Positions 1 through 11,300 of a stretch of 64,000 nucleotides of DNA are shown one piece after another; position 1 is the first letter of the stretch; each line of letters begins with the position of its first letter. The position numbers were made by a program, and so were the translations under genes. Below the pieces are notes generated by a model. That model was not told where the DNA came from and did no database searches. It saw only the letters and a list, made by a program, of their open reading frames with translations. This DNA is from Psammoneis japonica (Eukaryota), in contig QPGO01000013.1 in NCBI GenBank assembly GCA_008632985.1, positions 248,001 through 312,000 of the forward strand. The letters are read 5' to 3'.

Positions 1-810
1 ATCATACTCGGTCATTGATTCAGAGTTCACCAAGAGATCAACACTTCCAACGATACCGTTCAGGGGAGTTCTGAGTTCGTGTGTGACTCGATGAAGCACA
101 TCGCGTCTTATTTCAGCAAGCTTAGCAGCCGACCGCGAAGCCTGGGCATGCACCAATAGGGAGTTTTGCGACTGTCTTACTATTGACACAAGGACCGCGC
201 TGTTCCCCAAAATCACCATGGCCAGGGGAATGAATCTGTCGGCGAATATTATTCCCTTCTGATGAGGCGCAATCGGTTCTGAAATGCAGTTTCCACTCAA
301 GTCTACAGCGAAAATCACCAACAACCCTGCCATCACACCAGCAGCTGATATCAGAACTGCTTTTGGCGTCCGAAACAAGAATCCACAAGCACATGGAATA
401 AATCCATAGATCGCTGGGACTAACGAAGCTGAGCATCCCTGATGCAAGGAATGTCTCAGAATCGCCAGGATATATGATGCGATGTACCAACCCATTTGTG
501 TCAACAAATCTTCGCAGATAATTGACGTGAACATCCCGAATACTGAAAGAAGCAACGGATCCATGACTGCGTTAAGTTCCTCCCCTCCAATATACCCTAA
601 TAATGCCCCCAGGCCAGCTCCACAAATGAGAACGAGTCGACTCCACCGGCAAGTTTTCATTACCAATTCCAACTCGACTGCGTCGTGTAGCTCCTTCATT
701 TTCTCATCGTTTTTCACTAATTCAAAAAGAGACGGTAACAGACTGCTGCTACTGTCACCTTCTATGCGAGAAGGAATACCGCTGTTGCGGCGCTGATTAG
801 GAAAACCCAT
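1..810 (-). CDS. Hybrid sensor histidine kinase paralog, 5' part (membrane region plus start of HisKA); continues off the left edge
   Basis: Manual translation from ATG at 810 is open to position 1 (MGFPNQRRNS...AEIRRDVLHRVTHELRTPLNGIVGSVDLLVNSESMTEYD). It is colinear with 57642-58452 on the + strand and contains the HisKA H-box THELRTPLNGI. Absent from the ORF track because the window truncates it. Confidence 0.88.
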   Translation of the reverse strand, partial: MGFPNQRRNSGIPSRIEGDSSSSLLPSLFELVKNDEKMKELHDAVELELVMKTCRWSRLVLICGAGLGALLGYIGGEELNAVMDPLLLSVFGMFTSIICEDLLTQMGWYIASYILAILRHSLHQGCSASLVPAIYGFIPCACGFLFRTPKAVLISAAGVMAGLLVIFAVDLSGNCISEPIAPHQKGIIFADRFIPLAMVILGNSAVLVSIVRQSQNSLLVHAQASRSAAKLAEIRRDVLHRVTHELRTPLNGIVGSVDLLVNSESMTEYD

Positions 811-829
811 TGTCAAGCTTGCTCCTCTT

Positions 830-1185
830 TCCTCTTGGACTTGCGGCTTGATGCTTTGCGATGCAGTTCTCTGTTCTATGCGTTCTTTGTGTTCTGCTTC
901 CTGGCTTGCGCGCAGAAAGTTGACATGCCCGCCTGGCTGTCACATTGTCACAACTGGGCGCCGTTCCAGTTCCCGAGCACCTCAACTTGCTCCCAAATTG
1001 AAGGAAGTCCACAACTCGAGTTGTGGACTTTGACGCAAGCTGGGCTGGAAGTTGCTGTGTTGACAGACCAACAACGTGAAGCTGCTTTTTCATGAACAAG
1101 CAAGGTTGTAGTAAAAAATGCCTCCCAAGAGCCGAGTTCAAACAAAGATCAACGGCTGCTTTTTCTGCTTCACACATGGAGCACG
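830..1185. mobile_element. Old degenerate transposon relic; continues at 8306 after the young copia insertion
   Basis: TA-poor sequence. The CGGGG target-site duplication at 1186-1190 and 8301-8305 shows that these flanks were contiguous before the insertion. Confidence 0.55.
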
Positions 1186-1190
1186 CGGGG

Positions 1191-1466
1191 TGACAGAAAA
1201 TGAAGGCAAATGGCAAGAATTCAAACAACAACTCCTTGCTGCTGTCTAAATGGCAGATGAGTCTCCGCTCAGAGACCGTTGCAGGAGCCGAAAGACGTGC
1301 AAGTCGGCACAATCGGGCTGCTGTCATTGTTCTTGTGAGCCTTGTGGCTCGAAAGCAAACCACATCACGCGTGAACGCGCGGAACTAAAGCACACAAAAC
1401 TGTGCACGGTAAACTAAACAGCGCGCGATGCTTCGCGCGCACCTAAATCCTGTTCAAATCCTGTCA
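1191..1466 (-). repeat. 3' LTR of copia copy 1
   Basis: Direct repeat of 8025-8300 with TGACAG...CTGTCA termini; adjacent to the PPT. Confidence 0.97.
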
Positions 1467-4400
1467 CTCCCCAGTTTGCTTGAGGAGCCACAGAAACAGA
1501 TTCGACTTCGGATGGAATGAAGTTCCAGAACATGAGGGGGCGGAGAAGGTCCCAGATTTGGGAGCAACCCCAATGCTTGCTGAGAATGTCAGCAGGGTTG
1601 CGGGAGCCTTCGATGAAGTGGAACTCAAGGTGGCCAGAGGCAATTGCCTCACGCACACGGTGGAACGACAGTGCGGTGTGTCGCTTGTGTAACTTGGAGT
1701 GCGGGATGGTGGCACTGTCTACAACCGACTTGTTGTCACCGAACATGCAACTGACATTACGGATCGGGACGCCAAGGTGGCGCAGGGTGATGCGCAGGTC
1801 GATAATCTGCTCAACACAAGTCCTTGCGGCAACAAATTCAGACCCGCAGGTCGCAGTCTCCACGGTGGCTTGTTTCTTAGAGAACCAATCAGCCGGGAAT
1901 TTGTTGAGGAAGTGGAGCATTCCCATGACAGAGCGTCCGGTGAGCATGCAATGGCACAAGTTTGCATCGACGTAGTGGGTGGCAGTGACGAACTTGCCAA
2001 GGGGCAGTGGAGCGTCCTTCGGGATCATCTCTTCTGCTTCACCATACACGGAATGCATCCATTCATGGGCCGGAGCAGGGAGATCCGAACAGTCGGGCTC
2101 TTCCGTGCGAACGTGGAGAGCACCGTGTCGCATCTTGGAGAGGCACCCACAGACGCGCTTGGCACGATCCAAGTGGCCTTGACGGGGCGCAGCTCGGAAG
2201 CTAGAGAGTGACATGACGGCTGTGGCAATGTCAATTCGACCAAGGGACACTGCCCATTGGAGTGAACCAACAAGAGACTGGAACTTGTGGGTGCCATCGG
2301 GTCCCAGCAGTTCGGAAGTGTCCAGTTCGGGGTGGTCACCCTTCTCTAGAGGTGACAGGGCGTTGGTGGCAGGTTTCTCCCCAAACAGTCGGGCACAGCT
2401 GTCGACCATGCGCTCGATGTACTTGCGCGGAGACAGGCACAAGGTTCCGTCGGGTTCCCAGGAAAAGTCGCAACCCAGATGGAACTCAATGGGTCCCGCA
2501 CCCTTGAGCTTGAACTTGTGCTTTTCCGTGAGGGTGTCGACGAAAGATTGAGGGTCCTTCATGGCAATGGCGAGGTCATCCACATAAACGGCAATGCATT
2601 CACAGTGGTCGCCGTTCCTGCGCATCCAAATGTCGGGTTCGGCGCGGCAGGGGAAGAAGCCTTCAGCTCGCAGGCAGTCGGCGAAGCGCTCGTGCCAGCG
2701 GAGACCGGAGCTGCGCAGTCCATGCAGTGCCTTGTGGATGACAAGGATGTGTCCTTCGAGTTTGCCGAACTCGGGTCCAGCTGCAATGTAAAGCTTCTCC
2801 TTGGTGGTGGCTTCAAGGCAGGCATTGCCAATGTCGGTGGCCCATGTCTCCAACTCGTTGAGTTCGGCCAGGAAAATCATCAGCCGAAGGCCACGGAGGG
2901 AGACTGCTCCGGAGTGGACACTGTCGACAGGTGCGTCCGTGAGGTGCCCGTCGGCTACGAGTCGTGCCTTGTGGCGACCGTCGTGTTTCACGTCGTGCAC
3001 CAGGTGCACTCGGATCTTCTTGTGTCCCGCAGGAGGAGTGGAAGACTTGAAGGGCCCGCAGTCATGGAAGACTTCGTATTCGTCGAGTTGGTCCATCTCG
3101 AGATTAGTTGCGTCTCCCCACTTGCGGTTGCCGTTGCGTTCGTCTGGTGACATGGCGTGTTTGTAGTTCCGGGGAACTTCGCATCCATGCTTGTAGCGAG
3201 GTGCAGTGCGGAAGGAGCGAAGCTTGGCTTGGTTGGCCATGCGAAATGGCTTCTTTTGGCGCCTCGCGATGGTGCGGAACCGCTTCCAGCCATCCGTGTC
3301 GAGGAGTCCGTTCTCTCGTGCATAGATGGCACAGGTGACGGGGTCGTCCTTGGCGATGATGGCAAGAGGCTCGGACGTGATCTCCCCACTTTCCCATTCA
3401 AGCATGATGTTGTAGCTGGAGCCTTTCCAGGTTGGGTCGTGAGGCTTCAGAGGTCCTTCGTGTGACACGATGCGTCGAAATTTCCAAACAGTGGTGTCTT
3501 CGTCTTCTTGCTCAATGTGATTCATGATGTCATTGCAGGCAAGGACTTCCTCGCATTCGTCATTGTTGACAGAGCAGACGAACTCAGTGAGCTCGGGATT
3601 GCCATTCACTTTCCATTCGTGGTCTTCGACGGCCTTGACGATGCGAGCTCTGTGGCGTTGTCCATCCTCTTGTGGCTGCATGAGGAAGGCACGTCCAATG
3701 ATGTCTTGCGGATCGAAAACTGGCATCTTGGGTGTCCTGATCTCCCCATCAGGAGAGTCGACGGGGTTGTCGTCATGGCGAGATTTGATGATGGGTTCAG
3801 GTGGCTCCCCATCAGGAGGATCAAGACGCAGGTTTCGGACAGCAGGATCGGGGGTAGCGGAGCGGACGTTGGACCGGCAGAGGATCTTCTGATTCTTGTC
3901 AGATAGAATCTTGAAGGTCATCTGGTGGCCGACGTGCTCAGCAATGCCAACGAAGCGTCCACGCAACTCACGGGATTCGGACGGCCAATCGGAGTCATCG
4001 AGGTGGAAGCACACGGGTTCCCACCAGTGAAAGCGAAGCAATGGGCTGATGTCCGGGGTGGAGCCAGTGAGAGTCTCAAGGGGCGTGCGCCAGTGGAGAC
4101 GTGGGGACGCTGCATGGTTGAGCATGAAGCACACGCACATGAGCGCCAGCAGCCATGTGTGGGCGGGCGAACCAAAACGATCCATGACAGTGTTCGCCAT
4201 GCGCTTCACGGTCTGGTGTCGACGCTCGGCAAAGTTTTGGTGTTGCTGGTGAGGCTCACTTTGCCAGCTAGAGATGAAGAGGGCACGTAGGATCCCGAGC
4301 ACTTTGTTGCTGATCTCAACTTGAGCACGGTCGCCAATGAGTGTGGATGGGGCACCACGTTCACGGATCTGATCCTCGAGTGTGTTGACAAACTCTTTGT

Positions 4401-7083
4401 CCGTCTCAGTGCCATGGACGTCAGTGACAGTAGACTCGGTGCCAACAAACAGTTGGGCGCTGGTGCAACCAGAGTCGATGGCCGGGGTGTCGGCACAAAC
4501 GGTGTCAGTGGCGACAGGCTCGTTGCGGCGGTGCACATTAAGGGCGGGGTTGGGTGATTTGCAGGCCTTGCGAAGGTGTGCACCAGCGGGCATGCGGGCA
4601 TGCTGCGTGGTGCAGTCAAAAGTACGACGGACCGTGTCGGCAGGCAGGAAGCCAAAGCAAGGCCGAAGAGACTCGAAGGGGGGGTCCTTGGGCTGCACAG
4701 TGCGCTCCGGAGGTGGAACATCATCGCCCTGGGGGCCAATCGCATGCAGATGACACTCGTAGAACACGTCGTCGTTCGGAATGAGGTGATCATCGAGGGC
4801 GGACGCATGATCGGCAGACAAGGAAGCGGACATGATGGTCTCGTTGACAACGACACGATGACGGCAGTTGCCGCATTCGTCAAATGGGTTGGCAGTGGGG
4901 TCGTCCTGTGGGTCAGAGATCGCGTCGTACCACTGGTCGTCGTCAGTGACAGAGTGATCGAGGACGGAAGGGTCCCATGTGTCATCACCGGTGAGGATGA
5001 CATGGGGCAGGGTGTCCCATTCGGCGTCAGTGCAAGGTCGCATGGCAACACAAGGCAGGCCAGCCTTGATGTCAATGGGGATGACATGGCCATCAGGAGT
5101 GGCAATGCGTTGCAAGCCGTTGGGCACCTTGACAGAGCGATCGTTGACATCCTGTTTGTGCCATTCGAGCTGGCCGCAGGAATGGATGGTCTTGCCCTTG
5201 CCCGTGCATGCGTGCTGATGGAGCATGGCGATGACGGGACCACGCTGGGTCTCAACAACGGCACCAGCGGCGACAATGGGGATGTCCACCAATTGATGAT
5301 CGTCAATGCCCTGAACGTCGACTTGGCGAGAGGTGCGTGCAATGACGTGAACGTCGTCGCCAGCAATGCCGCCGTTGGCCCCACGATCGACCAGAGCGCC
5401 AGTGCGTGTGGAGCGATGAGCAGAAGCAGAGCAAATGACATTGTGGTTGTCAACGCGGCGGCAAGTGCGACCGTCAAGTTCCATGTCATCTGCAGAAGCT
5501 GGCGGGGTAGAGGAAGCAGCGGATGGCCCCGGTCGACTGGCATTGGGGGCTTGGTTAGGAGACAACAGACGCTGCAGATCACCGGGTGGCAGCGGCTTGC
5601 GCTTGGTGAGGTGCGCCAGGATGGGATTGTCCGAAGTGGCGTCCACATGTGGAGCGGAGTCACCAGAGTCAGCAGGAGTCGTGTTGGACAAGTTGACATC
5701 ACCGTCACTCCCAAGGCGTTGGTCATGAAGGTTAGCCGCAACAGACTCATGGCAGTTGCTGGCTCGCGGGTTGCGGGGAGGTGGACGAGAATGCTCAAGG
5801 ATGATCGCCTTGGAGGAATCGGGCAACGAATCCCAGAGCCGTTGGTGGTCGGGAGGGAGACGTCTCCATTGGACACCGGTGAGGCTGGGACCGTGGGTGT
5901 GGGCAGCATTGGCTTGAAGGACGTCAATGTCGCTGTCAATGTCGTAGAACACATCGTCGGATGGTTCCTCGGAGCAGACGTCGTGTGCGCATGTGGCGCG
6001 TCGGGGAGCTCAAGGTGTCGTCTTGGGTTGAAACGTGCTGTCGCACTGAGCTGCGGCGGAGAGGAGCAAGCCACAGTGTTGATCGCATGTGAGGCTCTTG
6101 CCACTCTGCGCATGATGCTGATCAGCTTGGTTCTTGACAGCACGGAGTTCCTCGACAGGGTGCACGGCATTCTCGAGCATGACGCGCTTCTGTCCTTCAG
6201 AGAAGTGGTCACTGGCCGGGATGAGTGCCTCGTGCTTGCGCAACTGATCTTGCCAATGAAGGATGAACCCGTGGGTCGGACCTTTCCAAGTGCCATCACC
6301 AAGACGCGCGGTGGTGAGGTGCGTGAGCAGGGTGGAGGACTCGACAGATGCGCGGGTGGAGGCAAGCGCGTGCTCAGACAAGGAGCGGCAGACGGTCTGT
6401 GCGTCAGAAGACCCCACATTTTCGCGAATGAGAGCCTTGCCCTTGTCGGTGAGAAGGATGCGTTCGAAGATGGCGAACATGTGCTTTTGCTGTTCAGCAA
6501 AGAGCAGTTTGTCTTCGGGGCTGGTCGGTTTGTACGACGAGTCTAGAATGCACTCGACGTCTTGGGCACGGGCTTGTGCCACAAGTGAGGTGTGCCAAGT
6601 GTGCCACTGCTTGTTGGATTTGAGAGCCGTGAAAGCGGTGGGATCACGCTTGATGCCTCGCTTGAAGTCCCGCACCGGGTCGCGTGCCTTGGTCGGGTTG
6701 GTGACATGTGGAGGTGCAAGGGGTGAGCTGCCGATGGACACAGAAGACATGTGGTCGGGGCTGAGGCGGCAGGCAAGGAACTCGTCATGCGTGGACAAAG
6801 AGGAGTCATTGGCAACGTCAAGACCTTTGTGTGCTTTGACAATGTACAGACTGACTGGCGCTGCTGACATGTTCTCATGACCACGGGGCAAAGGGATTGC
6901 ATCAGTGCCGTTGTCGCACTCAAGCGAGTCGATTTGGGACGGCATGAACGCGAACAGTTCCTGGTGCGAGTCCGTGCCGTCTTGGGCCAAAGCCAAACGA
7001 AGAGGACTCCCAGCACCTTGGGCAAGCACGGTTCCAACCACGTGCTCGAAACCATCGGTTTGTTGCTGACGAGTGAGAACCAT
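1414..7083 (-). pseudogene. gag-pol of copia copy 1; one in-frame TGA at 6010-6012 and heavy Tyr->His/Cys substitution
   Basis: ORFs 6010-7113 and 1414-5952 are in the same frame. Copy 2 has CGA where copy 1 has TGA. Motifs read KALHGL, NACLEA and VHDVK instead of KALYGL, NAYLEA and VYDVK. Confidence 0.92.
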
Positions 7084-8009
7084 GGTGGACAAAGGTGGTG
7101 TCAGGACAATCAATTCTGGCTGGGAAGCGAGGGTGGACTCGAAACTTGGGTGAGAATGGACTTGACTTGAAATGGACTTGACTTGAAATCTTGAACTATC
7201 TTAAAATCAGAAGTCGCCGGGCTTTGTTGTCCCGTTCGTTGTTGAGTGCCAAACTTCCCATCCGGTCCGCAGAGTTGTGCCGGCACGTCCGAACCCGCAG
7301 CTGGCGGCGCTTTGGGTTGCTTGCGAGCGGAGCAGCGGGTTGTAAACCCCTGCAGGCAAGCTGACTAGAGGTGGACAAGACCCCCGAACCGTTCTTGTTT
7401 TATGTCGGTTGGATTTCCCGATCAGGCTGGCTGGTTGACGCAGGCGTCAGGTGCTGTGGACGAACGAACAAACGCGGGAAAGCACCCTCGCCCCAACGTA
7501 GGCTGCAATCACGGCTGCCTGCTCTCACAGTCGTCCTCGTGGACCTAGTGGAACTGTAGAGCACCAGCAGTCCGGGGTAGATCAGGTGCAATGGACTCGG
7601 TGTGCTTGTAGAGTGGCAGCAAAACCGCAGTCCAAAGAGTGGATAAAGGTTCTTGGCCGTGAAGATATGCATATATATATACATGTCTTCAGCGACGAAG
7701 ATCCTTGAATATGTAGGGTTCTTGACCGTTAACCGAGGAACAGGTATATCAAGGGATGTTGATCAAGGATAGACTTGGATATGACCGTTGAATATAAGTC
7801 TTCAGCGATCAAAGGTAGTATAATCAATCCAGATATCCAGCGGTAAGGAGACTTGACGGTGACGTTAACTTCCTGCCGATGCCCTGGTATTGAATGCGCG
7901 TAGACTTGCCGATGTATGTAGAATATATACGGAGGTCCACGTAGAATTGAAATAGCGTCGTTGGTAAATCAACGACGACGATGGCGGTTGCTCAATGGGT
8001 TGACAATGA

Positions 8010-8024
8010 GCAAGACTGTTAATC
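8010..8024 (-). promoter_or_regulatory. Putative primer-binding site of copia copy 1, complementary to a tRNA-Asn anticodon arm
   Basis: gcaagactgttaatc on the + strand abuts the 5' LTR and contains the GUU anticodon loop CTGTTAA. The same sequence occurs in copy 2. Confidence 0.55.
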
Positions 8025-8300
8025 TGACAGAAAATGAAGGCAAATGGCAAGAATTCAAACAATAACTCCTTACTGCTGTCTAAATAGCAGATGAGTCTCC
8101 GCTCAGAGACCGTCACAGGAGCTGAAAGACGTGTAAGTCGGTATAATCGGGCTGCTGTTATTATTCTTGTGAGCCTTGTGGCTCGAAAGCAAACTACATC
8201 GCGCGTGAACGCGCGGAACTAAAGCACACAAAACTGTGCACGGTAAACTAAACAGCGCGCGATGCTTCGCGCGCACCTAAATCCTGTTCAAATCCTGTCA
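8025..8300 (-). repeat. 5' LTR of copia copy 1
   Basis: Direct repeat of 1191-1466; retains most of its TA sites. Confidence 0.97.
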
Positions 8301-8305
8301 CGGGG

Positions 8306-11300
8306 GGTGCTGACGTGCAAGTCTTCTTCCATTTGGCATTGCACCACCCGGCCAGATGTGGCATTTGAGCTTTTGGTCCACAGCCCACAACACAGTGCTG
8401 TTCTGCTGTGGCATTGCTGCAGCTTTCGCTTGCACCTGTGCTTCTTTTGCTCATCTGCTTCAGCTTCAAAAATGGGTGCCACAGCTTTGAGAGAGTCAGT
8501 TTTGAGGCAGATGACATGTTCTTTGTGCTGCCTCTCCTGCATCTTTCATTGCCGTGGCTTTGCTCTGCAGGTGTGCAACACATGGAAACATCAATGCTGG
8601 TGGCTGCACATGTCAGATGCACGTTTGGGCCAATGCAGCTGAGCATCAATCACGACCTTGCCCCTCTCATCTCTCAGTGGCTGCATGCAGCTGATCTGGC
8701 ATGCACAGTTTTCCAGGTTTTGTTTGCCCAGCAGGCATGCTTCTTGGTCCAGGGCACAAAGTTGCGTGCTTCTGTGTGCTGACTCCTTGGCTTTGCATTT
8801 TTCCTGGCTTGAACAATCACAGAAAGTGATGCTCCTGATGAGTGCCTTGCAGAATGGCAGCTGTCTTGTGTTGTCACAAGTGGGTGGCTCAAGTTCCCAA
8901 GCACTCCACATCCACTTGACCCCAACTTGAAGGGTCCCAATGTGGAGGAGTGAAAAAGAGGAGGATTGAGGAAGTTGTGCACATGAGTGCTCTGCATCAG
9001 TGGTGTGCACCAAATGTGTGCACTGCAGCCAGACTGTTTTGGCAGATGATGGGTCCGACCTCTTTTTAGATGGCCCAGTGGGTCTCGCTGAGATCTGCCT
9101 CTTCTCTCACTCTTTCTTGCCAGTGTGTGCATTGTTGCTGTTGCCAGCTTGCAGGGAGTTCTGTGTTGATTGCTGACTGGGCTCCTGTTGCCGCTCTTGG
9201 CAGGTTGTGGCCTTGTGTTGTGTTGCACTCTTCCACATTGTGAACCCCATCTTGGCTCACCTTGTTTGCAATCCAATCAAGTGTGACTCAAGTTCATGAC
9301 TCTGCAACAAGTGTTTTTTTTTCTTAAAGCCGCGGCATTTTTTGGACTGCACAACAATGCCAGTCTTCTGTGCACTCAGGAACAACTTCTTGGTGCCCTT
9401 GTTTCAACCAAGGTCATGTTTTGGAAAGACCCTTCTGTTCCTTGACGAGCCACAAAGTTCCTTGTCAGCCTCTGCAGTGGAGAGATGTTTGATCTGGGAT
9501 CTTTTGAGGATGAGAAGCACACACAATCAAAACATTGTGTTTGTGAGCTCTTCTCTGAACACATCCTTCACAACCTTGTCATGTGGAGAAGATGATGTGA
9601 GAGGAGCCCCCCACTGTTGGAAAAACTTGGCTTGCCAGAACAACAGAAAGTTGCAGCTCTTACCAACAAACAACAAACAGGAGACAAACTCAGCCACTGG
9701 AATGCCAAATTGATCTGCCACTTGTGTTGTTGGGGTTGTCAGCAGATTGCCATCCCTTTTGGTTGGTCTGGCACAGCTTTTCCCAGCTGGAAACAAAAAA
9801 ACAGGCTTTTGCAAATGCCAGAGCTTGGAAGATTGCTCAGAGCTTGCTGGTGCATTTGATGACATTGAGGGTGAGAAGGATTTTTCACTGACAAAGATGA
9901 AACATGTGCTGTCTGGTGTGTTCCTCAGGGCTCTGCTGGTTGATGGACTTGGTGACAATCCTTTTGCTGACTGATGCTGGCAGTCATCACAGCTGCACAG
10001 ACCAGATGTGTGACATTGCTCTGCTGTCAAGAAACAACTCTGGGAACAGCTCTGCATTCCCCAACATTGTGGCAATGGTGTGGGGATGGTCACCAACAAA
10101 AATGCTTCACAGTTCAGTGCCTCACCTTTGAGACCAAGAAAGGCTGAGCCAAATGAAGAGGCCAGGACATTGTTGTGGATGCCAAGGAACAACCCAATGA
10201 CAGCAGACAGGACTTGTGTGGTGAGTGCATTTTTGGTGTTTGAGAGTGACGACACTTCTCTTGAACATGCCGTTGCACTCTCATGCCTGCATCCAGAAGG
10301 CAGCAACTGCTGGCTGTTGGGCAAAAAGGTTCCTCAAATGTGCCGCTCCCCAGTGGGTTGCTTTCTCCTCCTGCTGCAACCAGCAGCACTGCTGAGAAGA
10401 GACGTCATCTTGCCAACAGGTCCGCCACTTTTTTGCACAAGAATGAGGGCCATTTTCAGCTGCATCTCACCACATCTCATGGTTTCTCACCAAACCTCCT
10501 CCTGATAAAATCTGACTTGTGGTTTCATGCAGTTTTGGGTCCATCAAGGAGATGGTTTCACCAAATTTGGGCTTTCACCCTCCATCTGGAATGATCATCC
10601 TGGTCATCTGCATTCCTTGCCACTTCAATTGTTGCAAACATGAAGCCATCCCATTCCTGTGCCCTCATTTGCCAGAAGTCAAATGTGGCCACAATGACAC
10701 TGGACAACATCCAACAAGACACATTGAGCTCAAAAAATTGACTTGATGCATGGTGCACACAAAGATTCCACTCAGGAGTCTCTGTTCAAATCCAAGTCAC
10801 GGTTCACATGTTTTGGACTTCTTGTCCCTCTCATCCATGGGAGTGACGAGCATGCTTGGTCTTGCCTTTCAAGACATCTGTTGGCCAAGAACCCCAAATG
10901 GCCACCATCATGTCCATGTCTCCACCATCATGTCCATGTCTTTGGGTGAGATGGACAAGTTCATCACCTGGTTTGAATGCAAAAATTGCTTGAAACCCAA
11001 CACACTGGGAATTCCAGCCTTGCAGAAGAACAGTCTGAGTGCTTGCTCAGTGCTTGCAAACCTCCCTCTTGGTGAAGCCTGTGGAACTGTGTTCCGCCAT
11101 TGGTGGGGCCACAGTTCCAGATGTGTGCTCCTCCTCTGTGCTTTTGTCTCTCTTCTTCTTCTTTGACAGCATGCTCACATGCAACTTGCTTTCTTGGAGT
11201 TCTTTGGCATGGTCAAAGAATTTCTGGCTGACACAAAAGCACACAGTCTGATGTCATTGACTCTGAACACCATGACTTTTTTGCCAGTTTTCTCATCTGG

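Larger units (their letters stand above)
1191..8300 (-). mobile_element. Full-length Ty1/copia (CoDi-like) LTR retrotransposon, copy 1
   Basis: 276-bp TG...CA LTRs at 1191-1466 and 8025-8300; 5-bp TSD CGGGG; polypurine tract (ctcccc at 1467-1472, GGGGAG on the minus strand). Domain order gag, protease (LVDRGANGG), integrase, RT (YVDD), RNase H (NPADILSK). Confidence 0.97.

Noticed and set aside
4206..6546. Long alternate-frame and antisense ORFs (764 aa, 656 aa) over the copia
   Set aside because: Shadows of a GC-rich gag-pol depleted of TAA/TAG; no recognisable domains.
1414..7083. Alternative genetic code (Tyr reassignment) or CpG decay of Arg codons as the cause of His/Cys
   Set aside because: Neighbouring genes use TAY normally, non-coding LTRs show the same change, and the affected motifs are canonically Tyr.
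8000..8030. tRNA-Asn gene
   Set aside because: Only an anticodon-arm fragment is present, with no acceptor or T arm; interpreted as a PBS.
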